From a virus (Duplodnaviria > Caudoviricetes), in IMG/VR virus record IMGVR_UViG_3300033463_006083, positions 32,001 through 96,000 of that record: a stretch of 64,000 bases of DNA. The stretch is one strand, 5' to 3'. Both the position numbers and the translations under genes were made by a program. The notes beneath the pieces were generated by a model that worked only from the letters and a program-made list of their open reading frames with translations, was not told where the DNA came from and did not search any database. Shown in pieces: positions 10,402 to 21,723 of this stretch (the stretch's first letter is position 1; each line of letters starts with the position of its first letter).

Positions 10402-11322
10402 ATGAAATACTTGATTACCGGTAGCGGTTATTTAGCTAAGCATTTGATTTCCGCCCTATTAGAAAAACCTGAAATAGAAAAAATAAAAATATTTTCAAGA
10501 GCAGAGAAAGAACAATGGGAAGTAAAAACACATTTTAATAATAATCCTAAATTAGAATTTGTTATTGGTGATATTAGAGATTATCAAGCAATTAATGATG
10601 CTCTTGTCGGAATAGATTATTGTATTCATACTGGCGCAATTAAAAGAATTGAAGTTGCGGAAAAACAACCTATGGAAGCTATTAAAACGAATGTTCTTGG
10701 TAGTATGAATGTAATAAATGCGGCAATCGCTAATAAAGTTAAAAAACTTATACTTATATCAACCGATAAAGCGACCTCCGCAACAACTTGCTATGGAAGT
10801 ACAAAATTCTTAATGGAATGTATGGCATATGCAAATGAAAGCGATACGGATATTATCTGTACTCGTTATGGAAACGTATTTGGTTCAACGGGTAGTGTTG
10901 TTCCAATATTTGATAATTTAGTAAAACAAAATAAACCATTAACAGTTCGTAATGGCAATATGACGCGATTCTTTATGCCTGTTTCCGCATGTGTTGATAT
11001 TATTTTAGATGCTATTGACGCAGGTAAAAATGGAGAGTTGTGGGTATATAGAAGTAAGGCTTGTACAATTCAAGAACTAGCCAATGCGTTTAGTGATAAT
11101 CAAATTGTTATAGGAACTGAAAGTATAGAAAAAAATGATGAGGCTCTTGTTACAATTAATGAATTAAATCACAGTAAAAAATATTATAGTTATTATGTAA
11201 TTCATAAAGATTATATTAGTGATTATATATATACAGAACCTTTAACAAGTTATACTGCGGGAAGATTAACTCAAGAGGAAATTAAACAAATGCTTGATGA
11301 TTGGAGAAAAGATAATGTTTAG
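10402..11322 (+). CDS. UDP-N-acetylglucosamine 4,6-dehydratase-like SDR (PseB/CapD family)
   Basis: ITGSGYL, GDIRD, HTGAIK, KTNVLGS, ISTDKA, YGSTK, RYGNVFGSTGSVVP and MTRF. Confidence 0.9.
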   Translation: MKYLITGSGYLAKHLISALLEKPEIEKIKIFSRAEKEQWEVKTHFNNNPKLEFVIGDIRDYQAINDALVGIDYCIHTGAIKRIEVAEKQPMEAIKTNVLGSMNVINAAIANKVKKLILISTDKATSATTCYGSTKFLMECMAYANESDTDIICTRYGNVFGSTGSVVPIFDNLVKQNKPLTVRNGNMTRFFMPVSACVDIILDAIDAGKNGELWVYRSKACTIQELANAFSDNQIVIGTESIEKNDEALVTINELNHSKKYYSYYVIHKDYISDYIYTEPLTSYTAGRLTQEEIKQMLDDWRKDNV

Positions 11323-12511
11323 TATTGTCGTAATGTCTTGCGATAAATATAAATGTTTAACTCCCGCTTTTAAGCATTGTATTGACAAATATTATCCTAA
11401 TCATCCTGAGATATATTTTATATATGGACAAGGATGTTGAACAGAAAGATTGAGAAAGGGTTTAGAACAAATTCAAGATGAGTATGTTTTATTCTTTCTT
11501 GATGATATGTTAATTAGAGAGCCCGTTAATAAAGATTTAATTAATAATGCTTTTCAAGTTTTACAAAAAAATGATAAAATTGCTGTAATTAATTTTGAAC
11601 ATAATTATAGAGAAGCATTATCTTTCTCTAATTATTGATTAAAACAAAAACAAAATCAATTTTATTTACATAGTTGTCAACCAAGTCTATGAAATAGAAA
11701 AGCATTTATTAATAATTTACAAAAGAACGAAGATGCTTGAACTTGAGAACTAACAACAATAAATAATAATTATACTTATTTAATAAATAAAGATGCTAAT
11801 ATTATAAATATAGGTAAAAGAGACGACTTAAATTGAGGAATATCTCGCGGAACAATGTCAAAAGAGTTTCAAGATTTTTTAATAAAAGAAAATATTTATT
11901 CAGACGAGATTCAAGATTGCTTTTCACCATATAAAATTAGTATTATTACACCATATTATAGAACATTAAATTATATTCAAAAATTAGCAAATGTATTAGA
12001 ACCCCAACTAACAGATGATATAGAATGAATTGTTGTAGATGATGGATGTAATGAAAAAGAATTAGACAAATTAAAAGCAAAAGTTATTCACTTAGAAAAG
12101 AATAGTGGCGGCGGTAGCGTCCCTAGAAATATAGGACTCGATCACGCGCAAGGACAATATATATTATTTATAGATAGTGATGATTTAGTTACTTCAAATT
12201 ATATTTCTACTATTGTAAATAAAATTAATAATGAAGGACATACATTTAATTATTGTTATATAAGTTGAACTTCAGAATGAGGTGATGTCATTATTGAAAA
12301 TGAACCTCCTGCAACTAATACATCAATTTGAAATTGTATTTATAAAAAATCAGAAATAGGAAATGAAAGATTTAATCCAGAAATTATTATTGGTGAAGAT
12401 TACGATTTTAACTTAAGAGTGAGAAAAGGAACTCATGGCAATATAACAGATATTTTATATATTTATAACACTACCGTTCCAAACTCTTTAACTAAAGGAG
12501 GTTGAAAATAA
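11315..12511 (+). CDS. Two-domain glycosyltransferase (GT-A-like N domain + GT2), 398 aa (code 4)
   Basis: A continuous frame with 11 TGA and no TGG by manual reading. N domain: SCDKY, FFLDD, QPSL[W]. C domain: ISIITPYY, E[W]IVVDDG, RNIGL, FIDSDD, GEDYDF. Confidence 0.88.
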
Positions 12512-13650
12512 TGAAAGAAAAACAAAAAACAATTTATATATATCAATCTTATCTATGTCAAATAGGTGGGGTTGAAACATTCTTATATAACTGATGTTCT
12601 CAATTAAGAGATTATTATGATATAACAATTTTATATGAAAATGGAGACCCTCTACAAATTCAAAGATTAAATGATTTAGTTAAAATGGAAAAATATGATA
12701 AAAAGAAATCATATACTTGTGATATATTTATTAGGAATTCTGTATGGGGAACAGTTCCTGAAAATGTAACCTCTTTAGACAATAGATATATTGAAATGAG
12801 ACATGCGGATTATGAATGATTATTTAATCGTGGTGTTTTATTTGAACAATATCATCCATTTAAAAAGACTAACGAAGTTATAGGTTGTGCAGAACATGTA
12901 TCTCGTAAAAGTGATAAAGTATTGCATGATCATCCTATTACTATCCGCAATATATTAGGAGAAAAACATCAACGCAAATTAAGATTTATTAGCTGTATGC
13001 GTATAGACCCAGAAAAAGGATGGAAAAGAATGCTTCAAATGGGAGATATGATGCGCAAAGAAGGAATTGATTTTGAATGAGATATTTATACAAATAATCC
13101 TCAATCATCAGCACCAGAAGGCTTTAAGTTTCACAAACAAACATTTGAAATATGAGAACCATTAAGTAGAGCAGATTACTGTGTATTACTATCTAATGCT
13201 GAAGGATGCCCATATACAGTACTTGAAGCACTACAATATCAAGTTCCTTGTATTGTTACTGCAATTGATGGATGTAAAGAATTAATTAAAGATGGCGTTA
13301 ATGGATATATCGTTCCACTAGATATGAATTTTGATATAAAGAAAATATTAAAAATACCAAAATGTCCTGTTTATGATAATAAAGCAAAAGAAACTTGATT
13401 AAAATATTTAGGCGGAGCTGTTTATAAAAGAAGACCATCTAGAGATGAAAAATATATATTAGTAGAAGCATTATCAACTTATCAAAGATTAGCTTTAACT
13501 GATGGTGAATTAGGCTTTACACCAAAACCAGGACATCGTTGATGTGTTTCAGAAAAACGTTTACAAGTTTTATTAGGTCAAAATCCTAGAAAAGTTGCGT
13601 TTGTAAAACGTGTTGAAGATGAAGAAACTAAATACAAAGAAAGTATTTAG
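12511..13650 (+). CDS. GT4 (GT-B) glycosyltransferase, 379 aa (code 4)
   Basis: IGGVETF, RIDPEKG and EGCPYTVLEA (EX7E)...VPCIVT...ELIKDGVNGYIV. Several in-frame TGA codons. Confidence 0.9.
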
Positions 13651-13665
13651 TTTCTTTTTTATTTT
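13622..13665 (+). terminator. Intrinsic terminator
   Basis: aagaaactaaatac / gtatttagtttctt 14-bp stem followed by a T-run. Confidence 0.8.
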
Positions 13666-13674
13666 ATAAAAAGA

Positions 13675-13703
13675 TTGCGTTTTAAAAAATTTTTGTGTAT
13701 AAT
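13675..13703 (+). promoter_or_regulatory. SigA-type promoter with extended -10
   Basis: TTGCGT-17 nt-TATAAT with TGTG immediately upstream of the -10. Confidence 0.65.
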
Positions 13704-13730
13704 GAAAGTAGAGAAAAGAAGGTGTTGATT

Positions 13731-14240
13731 ATGAAAATACTATCCTTAGATTTATCTACTAAAAGTTCTGGATGAGCAATCTTTGAAGATGGTTTATTAA
13801 TAAAGTCTGGATGTATTACATCTGCATCTTTGGATTTAATGAAAAGAATTAAGATAATGACTGCGGAGATCCGCAATATAATAAATGAAAATGGCCCAAT
13901 TGATAAAATTATTGCCGAGGAAGTTAGACCAGAAGGTACTGGATATGGTGTTGGAAATCAAAAGACACATAAAGCATTAATGTATCTTCAGGCGGCAATC
14001 AATTTCATGTTATATGATGACTTTAATAAAAAAGAAATGGAGCTTATCTATCCTAGTTCATGGAGGGCGTCCATAGGAATTAAGACCGGCCGCGGCATAA
14101 AAAGAGCTAGTTTAAAAGAAAAAGATATTCAATTTGTTAAAGAAAATTACAATCTTGATGTTAATGATGATGAAGCAGATGCTATATGTATTGGATACTC
14201 TTGTTCTCATGATGAAGAAACCGATATAAATTGGGAATAA
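13731..14240 (+). CDS. RuvC-like Holliday junction resolvase, 169 aa (code 4)
   Basis: MKILSLDLSTKSSG[W]AIF (TGA 13773-13775 at the usual GW position), IIAEE, PSSWR and DDEADAICIG. Confidence 0.88.
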
Positions 14241-14311
14241 AAATTTTATTTCTTTACGATACTTTTATCATAAAAGTATTTTTTTTACTCTACAAGCCAA
14301 AATTTAAGCAC

Positions 14312-14352
14312 AAAAAAATAGCACAGGTATAAAAACCTGTGCTTTTTTATTT
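14312..14352. terminator. Bidirectional terminator at the convergence of the two arms
   Basis: A-run, agcacaggt-ataaaa-acctgtgct stem, T-run. Confidence 0.85.
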
Positions 14353-16989
14353 TTATAATTTTGTTTGAACCTGAGTTGCTGATATACTCATTGTTCCATT
14401 TATTGTTAATGGTATTGATAATGAATTCATTATAAAATCACCATGAATATCATTATCAACAGATTGAACTGTAATTCTTGTATTTGGTTCTAAGTGATAG
14501 ATAGGAACAATAGATAAATTAATTGTGCTATTATAACTTGTATTTTCTCATAACATATTTTTTATTTCATTAAAACAACTATTATAATTACCACCTAAAC
14601 CAAGAGCTCCATAAATACTTGAACTAACTTGACAATAATCTTGACCACGAGCTTCACATTCAGCACGTTGTTCTGCCGCAGAAGATCCAGTTTCGATAAT
14701 AACAATATCAGGAATATCACCCTCAAAAACACAATTAAAATCTTTATTGTTTTTTGAAATACTTCTTCTTCCGATATTATTTACATTTAAAACTCCAATA
14801 TCTGTTTCACTATCAATAAAATCTAATCAATAATCTATATTTCAAGGATTTTGTTTTACCTCATCATAAAAATCTCCCGTATAAAGAGTATATCCAGTTA
14901 AAGGATCTGTTTCAGCTTGAACTTGAAAATTATATAATTTAGGTCATTCCGCCTTTAATTCTTGATAATAATAATTGGTTTCTAAACCTAATGTTTCTGC
15001 AGTTGCTCCAGATAAATATAGTTCAGAGCGTCAATCAGTAGTTTTTAATCTAACCATTTCTTGAGCAATATATTGAGTGTATTCACCAAGAGTTAAAGTA
15101 ATATTTTGCTTTTCAGCCTCATATAACTCTGTTCTATCTTCAATCTCTTGTTCAGATTCAGATATTATTAAATAATTACTTTGAATTATTTCAGTTAAAT
15201 TTTCTTCTTGAGTATCAACAGCATCTAAAGTACTAGTCATTAATTCATCTAATTTTTGTTGAGTGTCTAACTTTAATTTTAGTTTTGCAACGTTACCAGG
15301 ATCTTTTTCCAAGTCTTCATTAAGCAATTCTATCATTTTTCTATATTGATATTCTAATTTTCTTTCCTCTGCATATTGTTGTTCTAAAGCTTCAATTGCA
15401 GCGGTATCATCAATAATATATTGTTTTGAGTTTGCAATTCTCTCTTGATAAGGTCTTATACCATATGTATCATCATAGCCTTCATATTTTTCAGTTAATT
15501 CATCTATTTCTGCCATAACTTCATTATAATGAGCAGAGCCAGGAATTATTTTTCAAATATATCTATCAAAAGTTGTTTCATCTACATAGATAATACCTTC
15601 TTGTCCTTGTATTTCAGGATTATAGGTTGAATAAATAGAACCATCTAATGCTACATACTGCAATAATGTTGGATCTCATTTATAAATAAATCCTGTGCTT
15701 AAATCTAAATAAAATAAATCTTCATTTCCAATTGCAGGAAAACTAGCTTTACTTAAATATTTAAGAGGAACTTTAGGTTTCCTTATTCCATCTTCTGGGT
15801 CGTTATAAAAGAAAACTTCATATATATTTCCAACTTCTGGTTTTTCATCAATAACCAAATGATATCTAATAGGGAATTGATTTTTTGCAGCGTCTTCTTT
15901 AACTCCTCAAACAATATAATCATTTTTAATATTACCATAATTAGGATTGTTTGAATAACTACTAATTAATTTTGCATCTGTAAAATTATAAACAGATTTT
16001 CCTTTTGCGATATCTATTATATAATCTTCATTATTTATATTTTCTAATATAATTGTAGTTTGAGTTGTATTTAAATAATTTTTAATTTCTTGAAAAATAA
16101 AATTTCCATCTATATCAAAATAATATTCATAATTAGATAATAAATTTTTAATTTTATCTAACATAGTACATACAGTATCTCCAGCATTTGCAATCAAATC
16201 ATTAGGATATACAAAATCTGTTAAAATAAAACCAATATCTTGTCCGTATTTAAAAGTTTGAATTTGATGTCCATATTGTTGAGCTTCTGCATAATTAGTT
16301 GTATATAAATAAGAACTATTATTATCTTTTGTTAAATACAATGGTTGAGAAGCAGTTCATTTCATAACCATTTTTATTTTTTCATCTATATCATTAATAA
16401 AAATTTTATCTAAAGGAATATTACCAAAATGATTTACTAATTCTTTTATCAATTGAGCGATAGTAACTTTAGTTGTAACCATCCCTCCTGTAGTGGGATC
16501 TAATGTATCATATTTATCTAGAATTACTGAAGAAGTAATAGTTCCGCCGCATTCTCCATTTAACAGACACATTTTATCTTTTAATTGTGCGGAAAGTGTA
16601 ATACCTTGATCTATAGAACTACTTAGACTACAAGAAGTGATTACAAAAGTACCTTGTGGATATCATAAAACAGGATAATCTAAATATTGATTTGTAGTAT
16701 TTTTAATTCCAATTTCTAAATAAACTTTTTTATTTATAGAAATTAAATTATTTACATTTGTAATTGAGCTATTGTTACTATCAACAGTCATAGATAAGGT
16801 GCAAGTTCTGCGGACAGCAGATTTTCCATTTATAGAAACGCTGCCGCTTGTTGCCATACCTTGTATTTCTTGAATTGGATTTTCATCTCAATCAAGCAAT
16901 ACTAATTTAATATATTGACTTTGTAATCTTTGAGTATCAACAGCGATTAAAAATTCTTCATCTTTTAAATAAGGATATATTACTTTCAT
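14353..16989 (-). CDS. Tail/baseplate protein, DUF5048-like, 878 aa (code 4)
   Basis: Five track fragments share one frame and each ends in TGA. Motifs GSVSINGKSAVRRTC, LKDKMCLLNG, YEYYFDIDGNFIFQEI and PIYHLEPNTRI. Confidence 0.8.
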
Positions 16990-16991
16990 AA

Positions 16992-19028
16992 TTAATCACC
17001 GCCAAGAGAAATACCTTCAGCACTTTCAACTGTATGAGACATAAGATTGTATTTATTATAATTTTCAATAGAACATTCATCGACTTCATATGCAGTTGCT
17101 GAAAAAGACCAAAGGCGTCTACCCAAAGTCTGATTAGGTTGAAAATTAATATCCATAAGTTTTACTAAGAAATTTCCTTCTGTTGGACTGCGGAATAATT
17201 TAACACTATCTTCTTCTAAAAAGGCTTTAACTTTTTCTCTAAAGGCTTTTTCTCATACAAAATCTGAATAAGGTGAAATATTTTCATCTTCATTGTAATT
17301 TTTATATTCTCAATACATATTTTGATACGCTTCTTCTTGAGTAAAGAAAATACCATCTTCATCCATTTGAGAAAATATCATTCCGCCAATAGGAAATTGA
17401 GCATAATTATTATGACCACTTCGTTTTATATATGGATATTTACTTCCTATAGTATCAATTTTAACTTCATTAATAACTTGTTTAAATGAAGCTAAAGAAG
17501 GATTGAATGTAATTTTAATTTGTTTATCTGCGGTAGATAAAAACATGTCCTCTAATACCATCATTACTGGGACATTAAATTTTGACATTGGTCTTCTAAT
17601 ACCATTTGGATCTACACCTTGAACAGCATATTTATATCATACGCCGCTTTCAATAGTATAATCATGTCATATAAAATCTATATAGTTTACTGCATTATAT
17701 TCTGCAGTATAAACATCTTTTCAAATAGCAAACCCGTCCCTATAATCAGCTCTTCTAATAACAACCTTACCTGTAAAATATCCTGTTGCACGAGACTTAG
17801 TAACTCTAATACCAAAATTACCATTTTCAACATCTTTATAGGCATCTATAACTACTGTTAATTGCGTTTTTGTAGATTCTATAATATTAAAATAATATTT
17901 TAAACTATCATTATATAAATTTTTAGTTGTATAATCAAGAATAAAATAATAATCATCCGCAACTTCAAAATTATATGGGATAGCATGATTAAAAGTATTA
18001 ACATCAGTATAATTACTTGTATATAAAATATCAGTATCATATAATAGCTTATCTTCATTATTATATACTCTAATTCTATAACTTTTTAAAGTCTCAGTTT
18101 CATTTTCATCTGCAAACACTAATTGTCCTACAACTTGAGTATCCGCAATATTTTCTAAAATAGATGCGGCAGATGTAGTACTAAACCCTGTTAATTCAAC
18201 TGTTGGTTCAGATATACCACGAATAAGGCACACAGTAGACCATTCACTAAAATATTTTTCATTATATGTTAATCAGCTATCTATTGCTTGTACAGCATCT
18301 GGATCTGTTAAGTCAATTTCTGGATCAGTTGCATCTCTTCCTGTAAAACGAATTTGAATTTTATAATATTTATCTATTTCAAAATTACAACCTTCTAAAT
18401 CTTCAGGCTTAATCTCAACATAATATTTATCATTTGTTTCTCTTGTATTATCTTTTTTAATTTCTTTTAAAGCAATTTCACAAGGATATTTCTTTTTATG
18501 TAACACAGAGCGATTTGTTGCTTGATTTCTTATTGTAACTTGAGCATTTTTAATATCATACATTTTATTGTAAATTGACAATGCGAAATAAACTCTACAT
18601 ATATATTTATTATCTGTAGTAGTCGCAGTTTTAAAAGTTGTAGTAATTGTTCTTTCTACAACTTCTGGTTTATCTTCAAAAAAAGTATTTTCAATTTCTT
18701 CAGCTCTAGAACTTCCTGTAATCAATGCTTCAAGAGCAGTTTTAAATTCCAATTTTAAAGCATTGGCACGCGCAACATACTCAGGACCAGTTCCATAGGT
18801 TGCTTTTAATTCAGCAAGATCTTCTTCATACTGATTCCAAAGTTCTTCTACTCCTGATATACCAGAATTAACAATATTTTTATTTACATCTTTTTCATAA
18901 ATTATCATATCTGCATATGACAAAGTTTTATATGTTTTAGTTACATTATGAGTTGTTATATCTCCAACTAAAAATGCTGGCATATAAGTATCTATTGTAG
19001 GTGGATATAAATTATTTAATACTGCCAT
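16992..19028 (-). CDS. Tail-associated structural protein with Ig/FN3-like domains, 678 aa (code 4)
   Basis: Three fragments in one frame. N-terminal LYPP...YMPAF and C-terminal DTIGSKYP...KLFRSPTEGN...LGRRL motifs, which are typical of distal-tail-like proteins. Confidence 0.72.
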
Positions 19029-19093
19029 ATCAACATCTCCTTTTATCTCTGCGGCAGCCGGTCATGCATTTGTTTGACCGCGATCCCGCACAA

Positions 19094-19594
19094 TTATTTA
19101 TTTATATTACTATTTTCTTTTAAATAAGTTTCACTTCTTTTTGGTAAAGCGCGAATCTCTTCCATTAATTCATCAATAAAAGTATTTCCGCCCTCATCTT
19201 TATAATGACCATATCTTTTTTCAATACAATCTAAACTATAATCATCTATTCAACCAATTTGATAACAAAAATAATGATGTTTTTCTGTTATCCAAGCTTT
19301 AATATCATCTTTATCTGACTCTGTAAGTAAATTAATTGCTTTTTTAATATCGTCAATTGTATGTTTTAATTGAGTTTGACAACTATTAATATCATTTTTC
19401 ATAGTTTCTTGAGCTTGAATTAAATTATTTACACTATCTTGTAAAGCAGTTTTTTTACTTTTTTTCTCAAAAATTTTCTCTCCTCTGCCTCTAGCTCAAT
19501 CAATTCAAGATACTACACCTTTAATAGCTGCCGCTAATAAGACAATGAATAATAAAATTTGGTCAACTGAATATGTATTAAGTAAATCTTTCAT
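19094..19594 (-). CDS. Holin-like / single-pass membrane protein, 166 aa (code 4)
   Basis: N-terminal TM helix ILLFIVLLAAAIKGVVS, a coiled coil, and C-terminal RYGHYKDEGGN..I..LM.EIRALP. Three in-frame TGA codons. AAGGAG RBS. Confidence 0.65.
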
Positions 19595-19643
19595 TTATTA
19601 TGCATCTCCTTTTCTTCCAAAGATAAACTTTCTTTTACTATTG

Positions 19644-19719
19644 TATATTAAAAAAACTTTAAGTAAATAAATTATTTTAGACCAAAATAAAAAAGAGTGA
19701 TATTTGTTATATCACTCTT
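19644..19719 (-). promoter_or_regulatory. Terminator followed by phage-specific promoter motif
   Basis: agagtgata stem + TTTTTATTTT, then GGTCTAAA-N26-AATATA. Confidence 0.7.
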
Positions 19720-19724
19720 GTATT

Positions 19725-21722
19725 TTAATTTGTTGTCCATCCAGCAGTTTGTAATTGTGTTATTAAATCTTGTCCTACTGTTGTAGAATTAATTTGTTTA
19801 TTAGATCCATATAAAGGACTATACATATTTGTATTAAACAAATTCTTTCTTGTTACATTTGAGGCAGTTAAACATACTTTTGCTATATATATTAATGATT
19901 GTGTTGAAAGATTATTACAATATCCAAACATATTAGATATATTTGTAACTGTAAATAAATTTCAATTTTGTAAATTTATATTTACAAGATTATAACATCT
20001 ACCACACATTCCTCCTGTACTATTTACTTTTTCAACATTTCAATTTTCAATACCAATAATATTTTGCAAATTATTGCAATTGTTAAAGAACATTCATAAC
20101 GTAGTAAAATTATTTGTATTTCATCCTGCTACATTAACATCTGTTAAATTATTACAATATCCAAACATAGTCATAGCATAATTAACATTGCTCATATTTC
20201 ATTGAGATAGATTTAAATTAGTAAGATTTCAACAATTAATAAACATTTGTCCAGTATTTTTTACTTTATATAAATTTCATGTTTCTATTCCATCAATTGT
20301 AGTTAGTTTTGTACAACCATAAAACATTCCTTGTGCATAATTAAACTTAGTAACGTTTCAATTGGTAAGATTTAAATAGGACACATTGTTACAATTGTTA
20401 AATATACAACCTGCATTATCTACATTTGCTGTATTTCATTTAGATACATCTAAAACAGTTACATTAAAACACCCTTGAAACATTTGATATAAATTATTTG
20501 TTTTTTGAGTATCTCATTTAGAAATGTCCAGAGTAGTTAAATTAGTACAATTACAAAATATACCTGCAAAACTATTGGCATTTCCTGTATCTCATTTAGA
20601 AATGTCTAGAGTGGTTAAATTAGTACAATTATAAAACATACCTGCAAAATTTGATACTTTATTAGTGTTTCAATCAGAAATAGCTAAAGTAGTCAAATTA
20701 TTACAAAAACTAAATATATTGGCAAGAATTACAGGTCCTATTCAGCTATCATTTCCTCCAACTTTTCATTTTGATACATCTAATGACTGTAAATTATAAC
20801 AACCTCAAAACATAGAAACATAATCTTGTACTTTATTCATATCTCAATTAGAAACATCTAAAGTTGTTAGATTTTGACAATAACCAAAAATATTATTTAA
20901 ATTTTTTACATTACTTGTATTTCAATTTGAAACATCTAAAGCTGTTAATGCTTGGCAACCATAAAATGCATAAGCTAAACTATTAAAATTAATAGTGTTT
21001 CATTTAGATACATCTAAAACTGTAATTTTATTACAATTACTAAAAATACTAGATAAATATTGAAAATTACTAGTATCTCATTCAGATACATCTAATGCAG
21101 TTAAACTATTACAATTATTAAATAATTGATTTAAAGATTGTAATTTATTTGTATTTCAATTAGATACATCTAAAGCTGTTAAGTTTTTACACTCTTTAAA
21201 AGTTGCAAAAGCACTTGTCACATTATTTGTCTTTCAATTAGAAACATTTAAAGCTAATAAATTGGAGCATCCAGAAAATGTTTGTGCCATATCAATAACA
21301 TTACTTGTATCTCAATTAGAAACATCTAGTGTTGTTAAATTAGGACAAGTTGAAAAAGCTTGATTTAAACGTGTTATATTACTTGTATCTCAATTAGACA
21401 CATCTAAGGTTGTTAAGTTTCTACAATTATGAAACATTCTAAAAACATCTGTTGCTTTATTTGTTATTCAATTTGATACATTTACACTTGTTAAATTAGA
21501 ACAACTATATAGCATTTCACTAAAATTTTGAATATTACTTAAATTTGGATTGACGAAATCTAATGATTCTAAAGGACACGTACCTGTACCTTGTCAAGGA
21601 AGAAATCTTGCAAGGTTAGATTCATTTAAAAAATTAACATTTAAAGTAATATTATGAATTGTTCGTACAGATGGATAAAATCCATAAGTACGTCCTGAAA
21701 AAGTAGCTCCTATATTAATCAT
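19725..21722 (-). CDS. BspA/DUF285-type LRR protein A, about 665 aa (code 4; alternative start 21734)
   Basis: 26-aa repeats LDVSN[W](D/N)TSNVxxLxxxFxxCxNLTT, with Trp almost always encoded by TGA. In frame with the C-terminal track fragment. Confidence 0.85.
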
Positions 21723-21723
21723 A

